Origin: Perkinsus olseni
Lineage: Eukaryota
Reading direction: 5' to 3'
Length of the DNA: 64,000 nucleotides
NCBI GenBank assembly: GCA_013115125.1
Contig: JABANN010000124.1
Span: 1 to 64,000, forward strand
Part shown: positions 26,301-36,799 of the stretch, in pieces
How the letters are laid out: each line of letters begins with the position of its first letter
How positions within the stretch are numbered: position 1 is the first letter of the stretch
Program-made: the position numbers and the translations under genes
Notes under the pieces: generated by a model
Told to the model about the DNA's origin: nothing
Databases searched by the model: none
The model's input: the letters and a program-made list of their open reading frames with translations, nothing else

Positions 26301-28210
26301 GCCTCACGAGGATAAGATTATCCTCGTTCATAGGAAAGTGACGAGGAATCATGATGGATTCTTCTGCTGACCACTTACTTGTCCACATACTTATCATTCT
26401 CCTTATGAACTCTATAGACGAAGCTCACGAAGTGATGCCGCTGCCTCTTCCTCGCGGATTTTTCCTCTTCGTTCTTCCAAACTACCAACGATTTCGGCCC
26501 AGTGTACTTTCCTAAGGTTAGACTTCGTTGCTCGAATACTGTAGCACCAGGAAGCTCCTCTACCTGTATAAACCTTCCAACGGAATTTGACGTCTGGGTG
26601 ATAACATGATAGCTCGCTCCTTGTGTCCTTCTACGAAAGAAAGAAAACTGATGGAGACGCGCCCATCCTCGTGTCAACGCTGGCAAGCTCAATCAAGGCG
26701 TTAACGAACAACTGTTGGTGGCCGTGGCGTCAAGACGCAAGAAGCTGCGCGAGGCTGTGAGATGCATTACCAGCTTCGAGAACATTTCAATTCGTAACTA
26801 GTAAAAATCTCACCGAATCTATTCACCTCTAAACCCAATCTGCCGGCGTTCTCGGCGAGAACTCCTCGCAACGAACGACCGGCGACATTGTTACCTTGGT
26901 CGAAGCCTCGGAAGCAATATCCTCGAGGTCCTTGAACTGAGACACCACAGAGTTCAGCTGCACTAGCCTCTAAGATGAACTACTCACCTTGAAGGTGGCG
27001 TCCTCCTTGCCGGCCTTGATGGCTCGTTCGTACTGACAGAGAGTGAGGTGGATCCACGACGAGAGATCACCAGCTCTCGGAGCAGTAGGCAGCCGAGTCT
27101 CACCAAGGCTATGTCGCTCCTCAGCTGCTTCAGTGTGTAGTCATCACTTCCTGACCTCCGTCGTGCTGGCGGCAGGAACTCTTTGCGGAGGGAAATCTGC
27201 CCGGCATCGAGGATGGTCTTGCAGGTGCCGTTGTAGTCAGCTCGAACGTCCTCATCAATTTTCTCCAAGCGGAGGAGGCTCGTCAGTCGCCCCTCCCACT
27301 CTTTGTTCAAGTCGACGCCGTACTCACTGACACAAAGACCAGCTGAACTCGAGAGCCCACCTGCAAGCTACTTACCGGCCGTCCACCAAAAAGGCCACAG
27401 TTAGCTCAGCTTCGGGCCTCTTGAGCAAGCTCAGGGGGTCACCACGATAGTAGGAGTAGAAGTCCTCTGCGAGGGGTCATCACCCTGAGCTCCTCCACAG
27501 AGAAGTCAAGTCTCACCTCTATACCAAAGACGCCAGTACAAGGTCTGTCCTGCATCATTCTTAGCTCGACACTCCGAAGCCTACAAACAACCGCTCCTCG
27601 GAAGGGTGATGTGGAATACACAACGGGCCATTCGGTGGTTTAATTGCACCAATGATAGAATACCTACGCCAAACGCTTCTTGAGCCGTCTGCGCTAGAGA
27701 CTTCGCCTGAGAACAACAATGATGCTCAGAAGCTGAATGCATCGAAACCAGAGAGACATATCGAGTAGAAGCCAGACCCAGGCCGGAATAGCAATGCTAA
27801 GGCCTTTTGTAGACAACAGCAACTGGTGAGAAGTTGATGCTTGACTCCCAGCCAGCGTACCAGTATGTCGGGTAGTAGGAGTCGGGTAGAGGGCCTAGGA
27901 TGACTTCCCTGCTGCTCATCCTGATGCCCCCCTCTTGCAGTAACATCGTCAAGTCTTGGCAGTTTACCCGCCCGAATGGACGGCACCAGCTCCAGTTCGT
28001 CTTGTTTCACCTTCTTTTTGGACTGCCATAGACATAGATGGGCATCGAGCCACGGTGTGCGCGCTCTGCCGTGAGACTCGCCAATGGAAACTCCCGAAGA
28101 ACTTCTTTCACCTTGAATAACTTCCCAAAGCATTTGCCACCGAAGCAGCCAGTCCCTATGGATATGCCACAGTTTGAAGCGATTACTAGCCCCGCAGCGA
28201 AGATCCTCAT
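23393..28210 (-). CDS. Array gene C: signal peptide, D1-D4, and a basic/Pro-Ser-rich tail
   Basis: MRIFAAGLVIASNCGISIGTGCFGGKC. Domain ends YTLKQLRSDIAL, FTPIDVEARLKM, VSVLGLKGDLQK, MTKSELVFDISR. Linkage to the tail ORF 23393-23761 is tentative. Confidence 0.65.
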
Positions 28211-28504
28211 GGAGGGAAGAAGTCCCTAGGGAGACAGCTCCGCTCACACACCCCAGCCGAGGCCCATCATTGACAAGCGCAAAGACGGTGGGGTGGGGCG
28301 ATCATGAGGAGATTGACCAGATCAACATCATGAGGAATAAGCAAAGCAGTGCGTGTAAATGTTGAGGCCTGCGTACGGCACCTGATGATGATGAAGATTA
28401 AACTACCGTTAGTCGACGCCTATGCCGGTAGCTTCGGTCAACGTGAAGCCATTTACTGCTGCTGAGTTCCTACCGCGGAGATATCCGGCATGGATTCCGG
28501 ACGG

Positions 28505-29800
28505 CTACTTCCTGCTGCTGTGCATCAAACCGAAGAAATGAGACTGAAAAGAAGCACCATCCCTCACCGTCAATCGTCAATTGGAAGACGCCTTATGCGG
28601 CCCCTCAACTCACCTTCGACCGCAAATCATGGCTTAACTCCCTCAATGTAACCTGGGAAAGCTTCTTATCTGGGCCGTACCTCGCCGCTACAGCCCTCTC
28701 CAGGACCGACCGACAGATCGTCTTCATGAGGGTCTCGCCTTCCGCACCGTGCAAGTCGCGAATAGTGAAAGTGAAACGCAAACGTAATCTGAGGAGAAAA
28801 AAGGAGCTTGTCGCTACTCGGCAACCGACGGAGGGGAACTGATGATTTCTGGGGTGAGTCGGTCAGAATGCGATCCTTACTGGCCCTTTTTCAGCAAAAA
28901 CCCGTCACTCGTCTCCGACAGCTCGTCGAGGTTTTTTCCTAAGCGAAAGCCCTGATTCCCCGCCTTACAAAGAGCAGCAGTGCGCGGATGCTGCTCACCT
29001 TCCCGTGGCCAAGACCACGTTATTCTAGAGTTATTAGGAGCGCACCTCCACACTCTTTCAGGTAGACCTTCAACCCGGGACTGACCGTGAGGGAGGGGTG
29101 GTCGGAATACTCACTGATGGAAGACTCCACAGCCAAGACTCACCACATAACGTTGTGGTATCAAGTCCTTAACCAGCTCCTCCAAGCTCCGGTCCTCAGG
29201 ATTGGCGCTCGGTGGCGGCCTGTTGTGAATTTCCTAGTTACTCGTCGGCCATTGGACGGGGGGTGCGGAGTACGCTGTTGTGATCTCACCGTGGTGCGGT
29301 ATCAACTTTCGAAGGGGCAGTCTCGGTGCCTTTCTTCGCCATCAGAAGTGCTTTTTGGACCCCCTGAGAAAGCATAAAGGTAAGACATACTGAACACCGT
29401 GGAAGCCTACCCTCCACAGCTCGTCGTTCAGGCCCATCCTCGGCAGGCGCGCAGGAGGAGGTGAGCCTGGTCGCTGAGTGTCACTCAGCGGCACTTCCTC
29501 ACTCAGTGAGTGCGGAAGTGCGACTGATGAGCGGCCCACCGCTCCTACATTGCTGGACGTTGAAGATCCATCAACGTAGATGACTAGGAGCACGAGTAAA
29601 CAACCGGACAGAAGGCAGCGACATATCTGGGAAACCTTCTGAGGAGTAACAGTCCACCTTCAGCTGCGGAAGCGATTGACTCAGCCAATCTAATCTTTTC
29701 CATCACAGGAACATGGTTCGAGGAATTCTACGTCACCGGAGCAGCTCTTCACGGAAGTGAGACAGTTAGAAACGGTTACTAGCCCTGCAGTGGGGATCCT
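28505..29800 (-). CDS. Array gene D: single-domain paralog; start codon not found (possible pseudogene)
   Basis: SRVEGLPERVWRCAPNNSRITWSWPRE .. LRLRFTF..ICRSVLERAVAARYGPDKKLSQVTLRELSHDLRSK | SHFFGLMHSSRK*. Confidence 0.55.
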
Positions 29801-30123
29801 CGAGGAAGAAAGAAGCCCAACGGAGGCGGCAGCAGCATCTCCATTCGCACACCCCAGCCGAGGCCTGTCATTGACGAGCGCAAAGACGGCGGGTTGGTAC
29901 GATCATTGGGAGTGTGAGAACATCAACATCATGAACAATAAGCAAAGTGATGCCCGAAGACGATGAGATGGTAGGCGGATCGGCATCTGACAATGATGAT
30001 AATGCTACTCAAACTGGGCTGCGCTATCAACGCCGACCTAAATCGCTCAGAACATAACGGCGGGTTGTCCTAGGGGAGCGCATCTTTAGTATAAGTTCAT
30101 GATGAACAGGCTGGGGGCTACTT

Positions 30124-31104
30124 CTACCGAGTACTGCTGCGTCGAAAGAAGCCAAAGAGACGTTCCTGACAGACAAGAGGTGTTATTCTCTAACGCCACT
30201 ATGCTGATGGAGGCAGCGACTCACCGGCAACCACTACGGAATGACTACGATTCAGCCACTCACTTTTTTTCGAATATCGTCCTCGAACTTCTTCAATGCT
30301 ATCTGTTCAAGGCTCTTGGCTTTGGATTTGTACCTCACTGCCACCGCCTTCTCCAGTGTCAATCGGCAGATCCTGTGTAAGAGCTCATCATGTCGGGCTC
30401 CATTAAGATCTTCACGACCGAATGGGAATCGTAACCGCACCCTGAGGCAGGGAGACACGACACAAGTGAACTCGCACGTACTCGTCCCATGGGCAGCAGC
30501 GGAGATCCAATTCTACCGCTCACGCCTCTTACTTGCCCTTCGAGATCACAACGACTTCGCTCTTCCCCGGGAAGTCATCGAGCTCGAAGCCTGAACCAGC
30601 GCCATTCCCATCAAGCACCCCCCCGCGTCTAGGAGTTTCAACTTACTTTTCCGTGGCCAAGACCACACAACTTGTGAGTTTGGCGGCGTACAGGTCCACA
30701 TTGACTCGGGCAGGCCTTTGACCTCGGACTGACAAGAACAGCTGGCAATGCCCTCACCCATGTGGGGATCATCCAACAACTCACAGTGCCCCGTTGCGGC
30801 ACCAAGCCCTCCACGGTGTCCTTCAAAGTCCGCCCTTCCGAGTCACTGGTTTCAGGAGCGTTGCCCACTCGAGATGGCGGCCTGTCGATGAGGAGTTCAT
30901 CACAATTAACTCGCCTCCCTCCAGTAGTCTCCACTCATCTTTCGCTAGGATGCGTCATCTCACCGTAATCCGCTTTCCCTCTGCGCAACTTCAGCGTGCT
31001 CTCTTCTCCTCTGGCTCGCCCGTCTGTTCGCCTGAGAAACTGAAGATAACATCCGCAAATCGCCGGCAGTCGCTCACGTTCTTCACTCGAATGTCATTGT
31101 CCAT
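30124..31104 (-). CDS. Array gene E: single-domain paralog of D; 5' end uncertain (may continue gene F)
   Basis: SEVKGLPESMWTCTPPNSQVVWSWPRK .. VRLRFPF..ICRLTLEKAVAVRY..IALKKFEDDIRKK | ERLFGFFRRSSTR*. Confidence 0.55.
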
Positions 31105-31372
31105 GGCCGTGGATATTTGCGCTGTTGACCTGCCTTGGACCTAGAGTGGGAAGAAGTACGAAAAGATTGGTACGCCGAGATAATTCAGAATTTCGCCGTG
31201 AGGGTTGGGAGGTTTTTTTTACCCTCATCCTCACCAACATTACCATGGACTTCACGTATTCAACAATCACGAGCGCACCCAGATCGTGACCAGCGGTTCG
31301 ATAACAGGAGACGGGATCGAAGCGAAGAGCTATTGTCGCTAGCTATCAAATCGTCCGTGAATAACAGGGGAA

Positions 31373-32549
31373 TCATGAACGGCACAATAACCTCCTCACC
31401 GGGAACTCGCTCAGATCCGCTAGCTCCTTCCTTTTCTTCGATTTCCTCACCTTCTCACCCTCAAGTACGACGGCCAAGTACTGCACCAGAGGAACATTCA
31501 CCATCCATCCCGCACTTGGCGGGTCCACCCAATCATCACCCTACTCGTTCCATATCCGACATCAATTCATAAGGCGTCATCGTCTCCATCTTTAAGCTTG
31601 TTTGGGTCTCGTACAGTGCATGGAAGGCAACAATGAAGGCCTCCTCACAGATGAGAGCGCCGGTTGTTGTCAAAATCTTCTCGACCGGCACTGGGAAGGT
31701 CCTGCGAAATGTCAAACCAATTCCTAACCCGGCTGCCGAGACCAACTCACTTGTCTCCGAAGGCGAACACAACGACATAGCGGTTCTTCCTCTCCGTAGT
31801 GAGGGCCTTCGAGAAAGGGAGGAAGGATCCTTTGTAGTGACCTGCAAGTGGCACTGAGAGGCCCTCGACGACTGAAGGCTCACTACCTTTATCATGACTC
31901 TGCCATCTGAGACCCGGTGTGCTCCTCAGAGAACAGGTCCTCTGCTTCACGACTGCAGAGCTGGCCTTGGACTTGAAGATCTGACAACCAGGTTCCGACT
32001 ACTAAGGAAAGCACGGCAATCCCTACTCCTTGACTCTTCTTAGAGTTGAGCTGTCGGGTTTCATCTTCTAGACTGCCCAGGGTGACGTGCTGAGGAAATA
32101 CCGGTGGCTAGGAAGGGTCCGGTGGCCAGTGGCGTCTACCTGTAGCTTCGTTCCCGGTGGCAAAGTGTGGACGCGAAAGCTGATCAGTGTCTGAGTCTAA
32201 ATGATATACTACGACTGTTGGCACTACTCACCACCACTGATACTACCTGTCGCACGTCTCCGAGTAAAGCAGTTAGAGAAAGCTCGTCTGGGTCATAGTC
32301 CGGGCCGTACGCTGTGCTCACGACATATTTCATAGTCAGCTTGCAGTCCAGGCCGACCCTGGAGAGTATCTTGTCGGGGTCCGCAGTGAGGACTCCGAGT
32401 GCTCTGATGACGGCGGCGAGGGGTACCATCAAAGCCACTCATACAGCACTCACTTTGAGTCGTTGTTGCCCGCTAGTCGGACCTCCACTAAGTGGCTAGC
32501 CTCGTGGTGCCCGACGATGACGATGTTGTCCAAACCCGAACCTGACGAT

Positions 32550-32587
<38 letters not shown>

Positions 32588-34835
32588 GAGCTGTCAACGG
32601 AGAGACACGAAAGGAAGTCATATTCAGTCACCTCGAGGAAGCCGGCGTTTGCTACTGAGGGTGAGCAGACGAATGTGGACTGCATAGAGGTCATCGGCGC
32701 CTCGGCAGGCAGGTGTCTGGAGGGAGGGTTTATTTACCGCTTCGACATTCATTCAGAAGGGTCGTGTTTAGTACCTCGATAGTCTTAGCCTGTGCGATGT
32801 CGATGAGGGATAGTCTCTGAAGAAAATGGTACGTGAACCACGTCGCCTCGAGACACGGTGATAGCGATGCCACCTCCGAGTGCTTACCTCTGGACCATCA
32901 GCGGTTTTGCGCTCCTGAGCAGGAAGACACACATCACTGAGATGCCAGATGCCAGAGGGAAAAATTCCGAAATGGTAGTCCAAACAGCAGCGAGTCTCTT
33001 ACCCTGAATTCTTCGAGAATCTGCGGGCGCTTGGACTTGGGCGTCTTAGCAGCCTGGTCGGCCAGCTGGGAGAGGAAGTGTACGATGACTTCCAATGGCA
33101 TGGCACTGACCTCTTTGAAGTCCTCTTCCACTTCTATTGGTGCCACTTGTTTGGCATCCCAATGCTTGTTTAGAGCAGAGCGGTAGAACAGGTTGACCCC
33201 GGCCTCGAGGATCGTCGAGCAGGTGGCAGGAGATGGTGGCGCGGACAGCTTTACTGGGAAGTACCTAGGCAAGCAAGTCTCCGACACACGCTCGTGAGCG
33301 ACGACGACGAAGTCATAGTCATCAAATCGTCTACACTACCACAGTTCCAGAGTTTCCATGCAGGGCCCCACTCACCAATCCTTGTAGATAAAGCACATGG
33401 AATGGCCTTTGTTGATCTTGCCCCATGCAGGCTTCTTTTTGTTAGAGCATTCAGCTGAGGATGAACACTACTCTGGATCATACGGCAGTGGTCGGCGCTG
33501 CTACCTTCGTTTGCTGACCACATGACGTAGAACCCTGCCGAGTAACAAATAGAGGGGGCCGATTTTGATTTCTGAAGCGATGAGGGCGGCTGCTTAGAGA
33601 CGAGAGGGAGCTTGCATGGGGGATGGATAATGGCATAGAGTGGCACATTTCTACTACAGCGCTACCGCTGGTACGGACTACGCTTGGCTGAGCAGCCAGC
33701 TTACCACGTTTGCAGCCTTGCCGATATCGTACAGGGTGATTCCCTGAGGAAGGAACTCCTGAGCTACTATGCTTCAGCAGGGGTTGGTGCCGTGAGTCTG
33801 GTGAAGTACGGTAGCCGTAGGACTGCAGGGGATAGTACTTTGAAGTCCACGCGGTCGTGCCTGTTCAGCTTCAATTGATCCTCATTCGCTCGGTTGAACT
33901 GACCAGACGCCGTACGATGAGCAGTAGCACAACGAAGACCTCACCATAACGATGTCACTCCGGAAGTCGTCATAGCTGATGCCCGACTGGGAGCCTTCAT
34001 ATAAAGCAGACAGTCCTTCCTCTAGAGCTACCGAACATATCTTTGACTCGGGTGCAGCTGCAGCAGGGGTGGGGTTATCCTCAAGGCCAACGGCAACGCT
34101 AGGGGGAACGGGCCGTCCCTCCAGATTCAAGGGTATCCTCACGGTGTACTGCCTGAGGTACAACAACAAAGATGAGAGGACGCAGGAGCTGGCTGGGGTT
34201 TCAGGCATCCCATCTACCGGCCGTCAACGAGGAAGGCGACATGCCAGTCGCCATAGGCGTTGGAATCAAGAGAGATGGAGGGCTCGTCTTGACGGTAACC
34301 CGAGGAAGAGGGGCCTAGCAAGGCCATGACGACCACCGCTGCGAGGCAGTGTAGTACGCCAAGGGCGAACTGTCCAACTTATGTTCCTTCCCGATGAGTC
34401 CGTAGCTTCACACTCAGTCATCTGAGGGCAGCAGTCTAGACGCAGGCCCGATGGAAGATACTGTGTCCTCACCCTCACGGCAGTATCGGCCAAGTACTGT
34501 AGAGAATAAACCTACAGGATATCGATGATGGCAAGAGTTAAAAAGGCATCGGCAGGGGCCCACCTTGAAGTCCTTGGACAAGACACCATATCCAGGGATA
34601 GAACTCCCTCGCCTCTGTGCTATTGGGGTTTCAACGCCATCCTCCGCGTCCTCATCCAACTCGTGAAATGTACTTCGATCCTTCTGAAATAGGGTGACAC
34701 GTCGAATGGTTCCACGGGCGGCCCGTCCCCCGCAGGTCTCACCCGTCCGAACGGGATCAAACAGTCAAAGCACGAGCTTGCGTGGGCCAGAGGTGCCGCT
34801 ACTGCCACAGAGAGCAGCGCCTGGCGAAGAATCAT
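31373..34835 (-). CDS. Array gene F: signal peptide plus D1-D4 (divergent); 3' end approximate
   Basis: MILRQALLSVAVAAPLAHASSCFDC. VAFLVDGR|QYTVRIP..ICSVALEEGLSALY..SYDDFRSDIVM; CSTILEAGVNLFY..APIEVEEDFKE; CKLTMKYVVSTAY..LSLTALLGDVRQ; ICEEAFIVAFHALY..MTPYELMSDMER. Confidence 0.7.
32551..32586. repeat. (ATC)12 microsatellite, intronic in gene F
   Basis: Direct count. It lies just upstream of the acceptor of exon GSGLDNIVIVG. Confidence 0.95.
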
Positions 34836-35047
34836 GCTACACTATGATGAGAGTGACCGAACAACCTGAGTGTACTCACACGCTGACGAGCACAGGACTA
34901 TGAAGGATCCTTAGAAGGAGAAGAAGGTAGACACGAGCGAACAACACAACGGCCAAAAGTGACGAACATCAACACCAAGCGGTGCTCCGAGCGTCTTGCA
35001 TGGACCGTCAGTATCGATGCCATATGAAGTCCTTCATTGCCAAGGGC

Positions 35048-36357
35048 TCAGTCAACAACAGCAGCAGCAGCAGCAGCGCCAAACCTTCCATGTGCCAACT
35101 GAAGCAGGCAAGACTGATCGACAGCCCCTGCAGTTATTGGGCCGGGCGCGAAAGAGAAACGGCTGAACTGAGGTTGCAGCGAGCGGGTGTCGAAGGCCAT
35201 TACAAGAAGCATGAGCTTCAGCTGGTCCTTGGTCTTCTGACCCGGGTCTATCTCTCGCAGCCTCAACCAAGATTCCATGCCAGTTTTGAAGCAGCTGCTG
35301 ATCTGGGTAAAGCTAGATAGAGGCACGACGACCTCCCTCAACCTGCCAACAGACGTGGAGACGCCATGAGCGGCCTTCAATGACTCTTACAAGGACAGAG
35401 CATCAGTTGAGAACACCGCCACTGCTGGTTTCGAGCCCCCCTTGAACCTTCCATCACTCGTGAATTGTACCGGTATATTCCGCGCGAAGGCACCTACAGT
35501 AGACCGTAGGCCATAATCAGTCTATATTAGTGTCGACTGACCTGGCCTGAACACTTTCCACTTGAGTGTGATCGGAGAGTAGTTGTTGTCGTCATCTAAA
35601 AGCTCGGTGTCGAGGTGACACAGCATGATGTGAGCGTGTGCCTGCTCTCAGACAAGCCTTCCATGCGGATGTCGTGTCTGGCGACTCACCTTCAAAAGTT
35701 TTTGCATCATAACTTGCACCAGCATCTTGCCGGAGTCCGCTTTACCAAGCTCCAGCCACTGCCTTGCTGCATCGAGGAGTACCGCACACTCTCGACTGGT
35801 GCTATCTTTAAACACTACGACAGCATCCTCATGCAGGCTGAGAAGGAAGGAAACGATGAGCCCTAGTCGGCATGCTTCGGAGCTCACAAGTTGTCCGCGG
35901 TCATCACGACTATGAGGGCATTCCTTTGTCTCAGGCGGAAGGCGTTCGGTATGAGCCCAGGGTAGCCACCTGAGCACACCAACCGAACCTTGAACAGACC
36001 GAACCTTGAACAGAGGTTGCCGACCTGGCCGGAAAACCCGCCAGCTGAGGGATGGGCCGTCCGGTGTAGCTGGGTCGGGGAAGTCACACTGGTAGTAAGG
36101 TTTGTAGATGGCTGTTGCCCTTGGTTCGGACACCACAGCGTTAGCAGCCGCGAATGCTAAGTTAGGGTTCTGAGAAGCACGATTTAATGTTGGCGTTTGG
36201 TGACGAGGCCAATGTCCCGTTCACAACTCACTTCTGGTCGTCGGTCAGGCCCAGAGGCTGCGACGGTGGCGCCAGTCCAAAGGCCTTCCGTTAATAGTAG
36301 AGACCATGCTAGGAAGCAGCTTGGGGAGAAGCACGTACTATGGAGATAAGTAAACAT
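35048..36357 (-). CDS. Array gene G: divergent putative secreted protein with two related domains; 3' end approximate
   Basis: MFTYLHSTCFSPSCFLAWSLLLTEGLWTGATVAA; YYQCDF..LSWRVFRP; RECAVLLDAARQWL..VMMQKLLK; SSCFKTGMESWL..TKDQLKLMLL. Confidence 0.45.
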
Positions 36358-36799
36358 AGTGAGGTGAGGCCAAAAACTGAACCATGAGCATTCTGTTGCA
36401 GACGACAGCGAGGGTGTCCAGGGGCAGCGAGGCAGTTGATATTAGATGACACTGTTCAAACAGAAGCAATTGTTGTCCGAACCTTTGAGAGACTAAGCGA
36501 AGGGAGGGCGCAACTGAGTAGCAACAGCCGCTACAAGCGAGAACAGACCCGTCATAGCCGTCATGGATAACTCAACCCCTTAGGTCCCCAACGACGGAAG
36601 AATGCTGCGTGTTGTAAAGTGAGTTAATCTCGATAAGAGTATCTTTGAAAGTGGTCTCGTGACTACGGCCTGGCAATCTGCAGACTATTCACTCCGTTTT
36701 GTGTAGTGGATTGTGGATCCATCCATGCTGCGCCCGTTGGAGCCGATACGTCAGCAACACGGGTAGAAGTATTGAGAGTTTGCGGTACAAAATCAATCC

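Noticed and set aside
32463-32694. Poly-His and poly-Asp ORFs
   Set aside because: Translations of an intronic (ATC)12 microsatellite.
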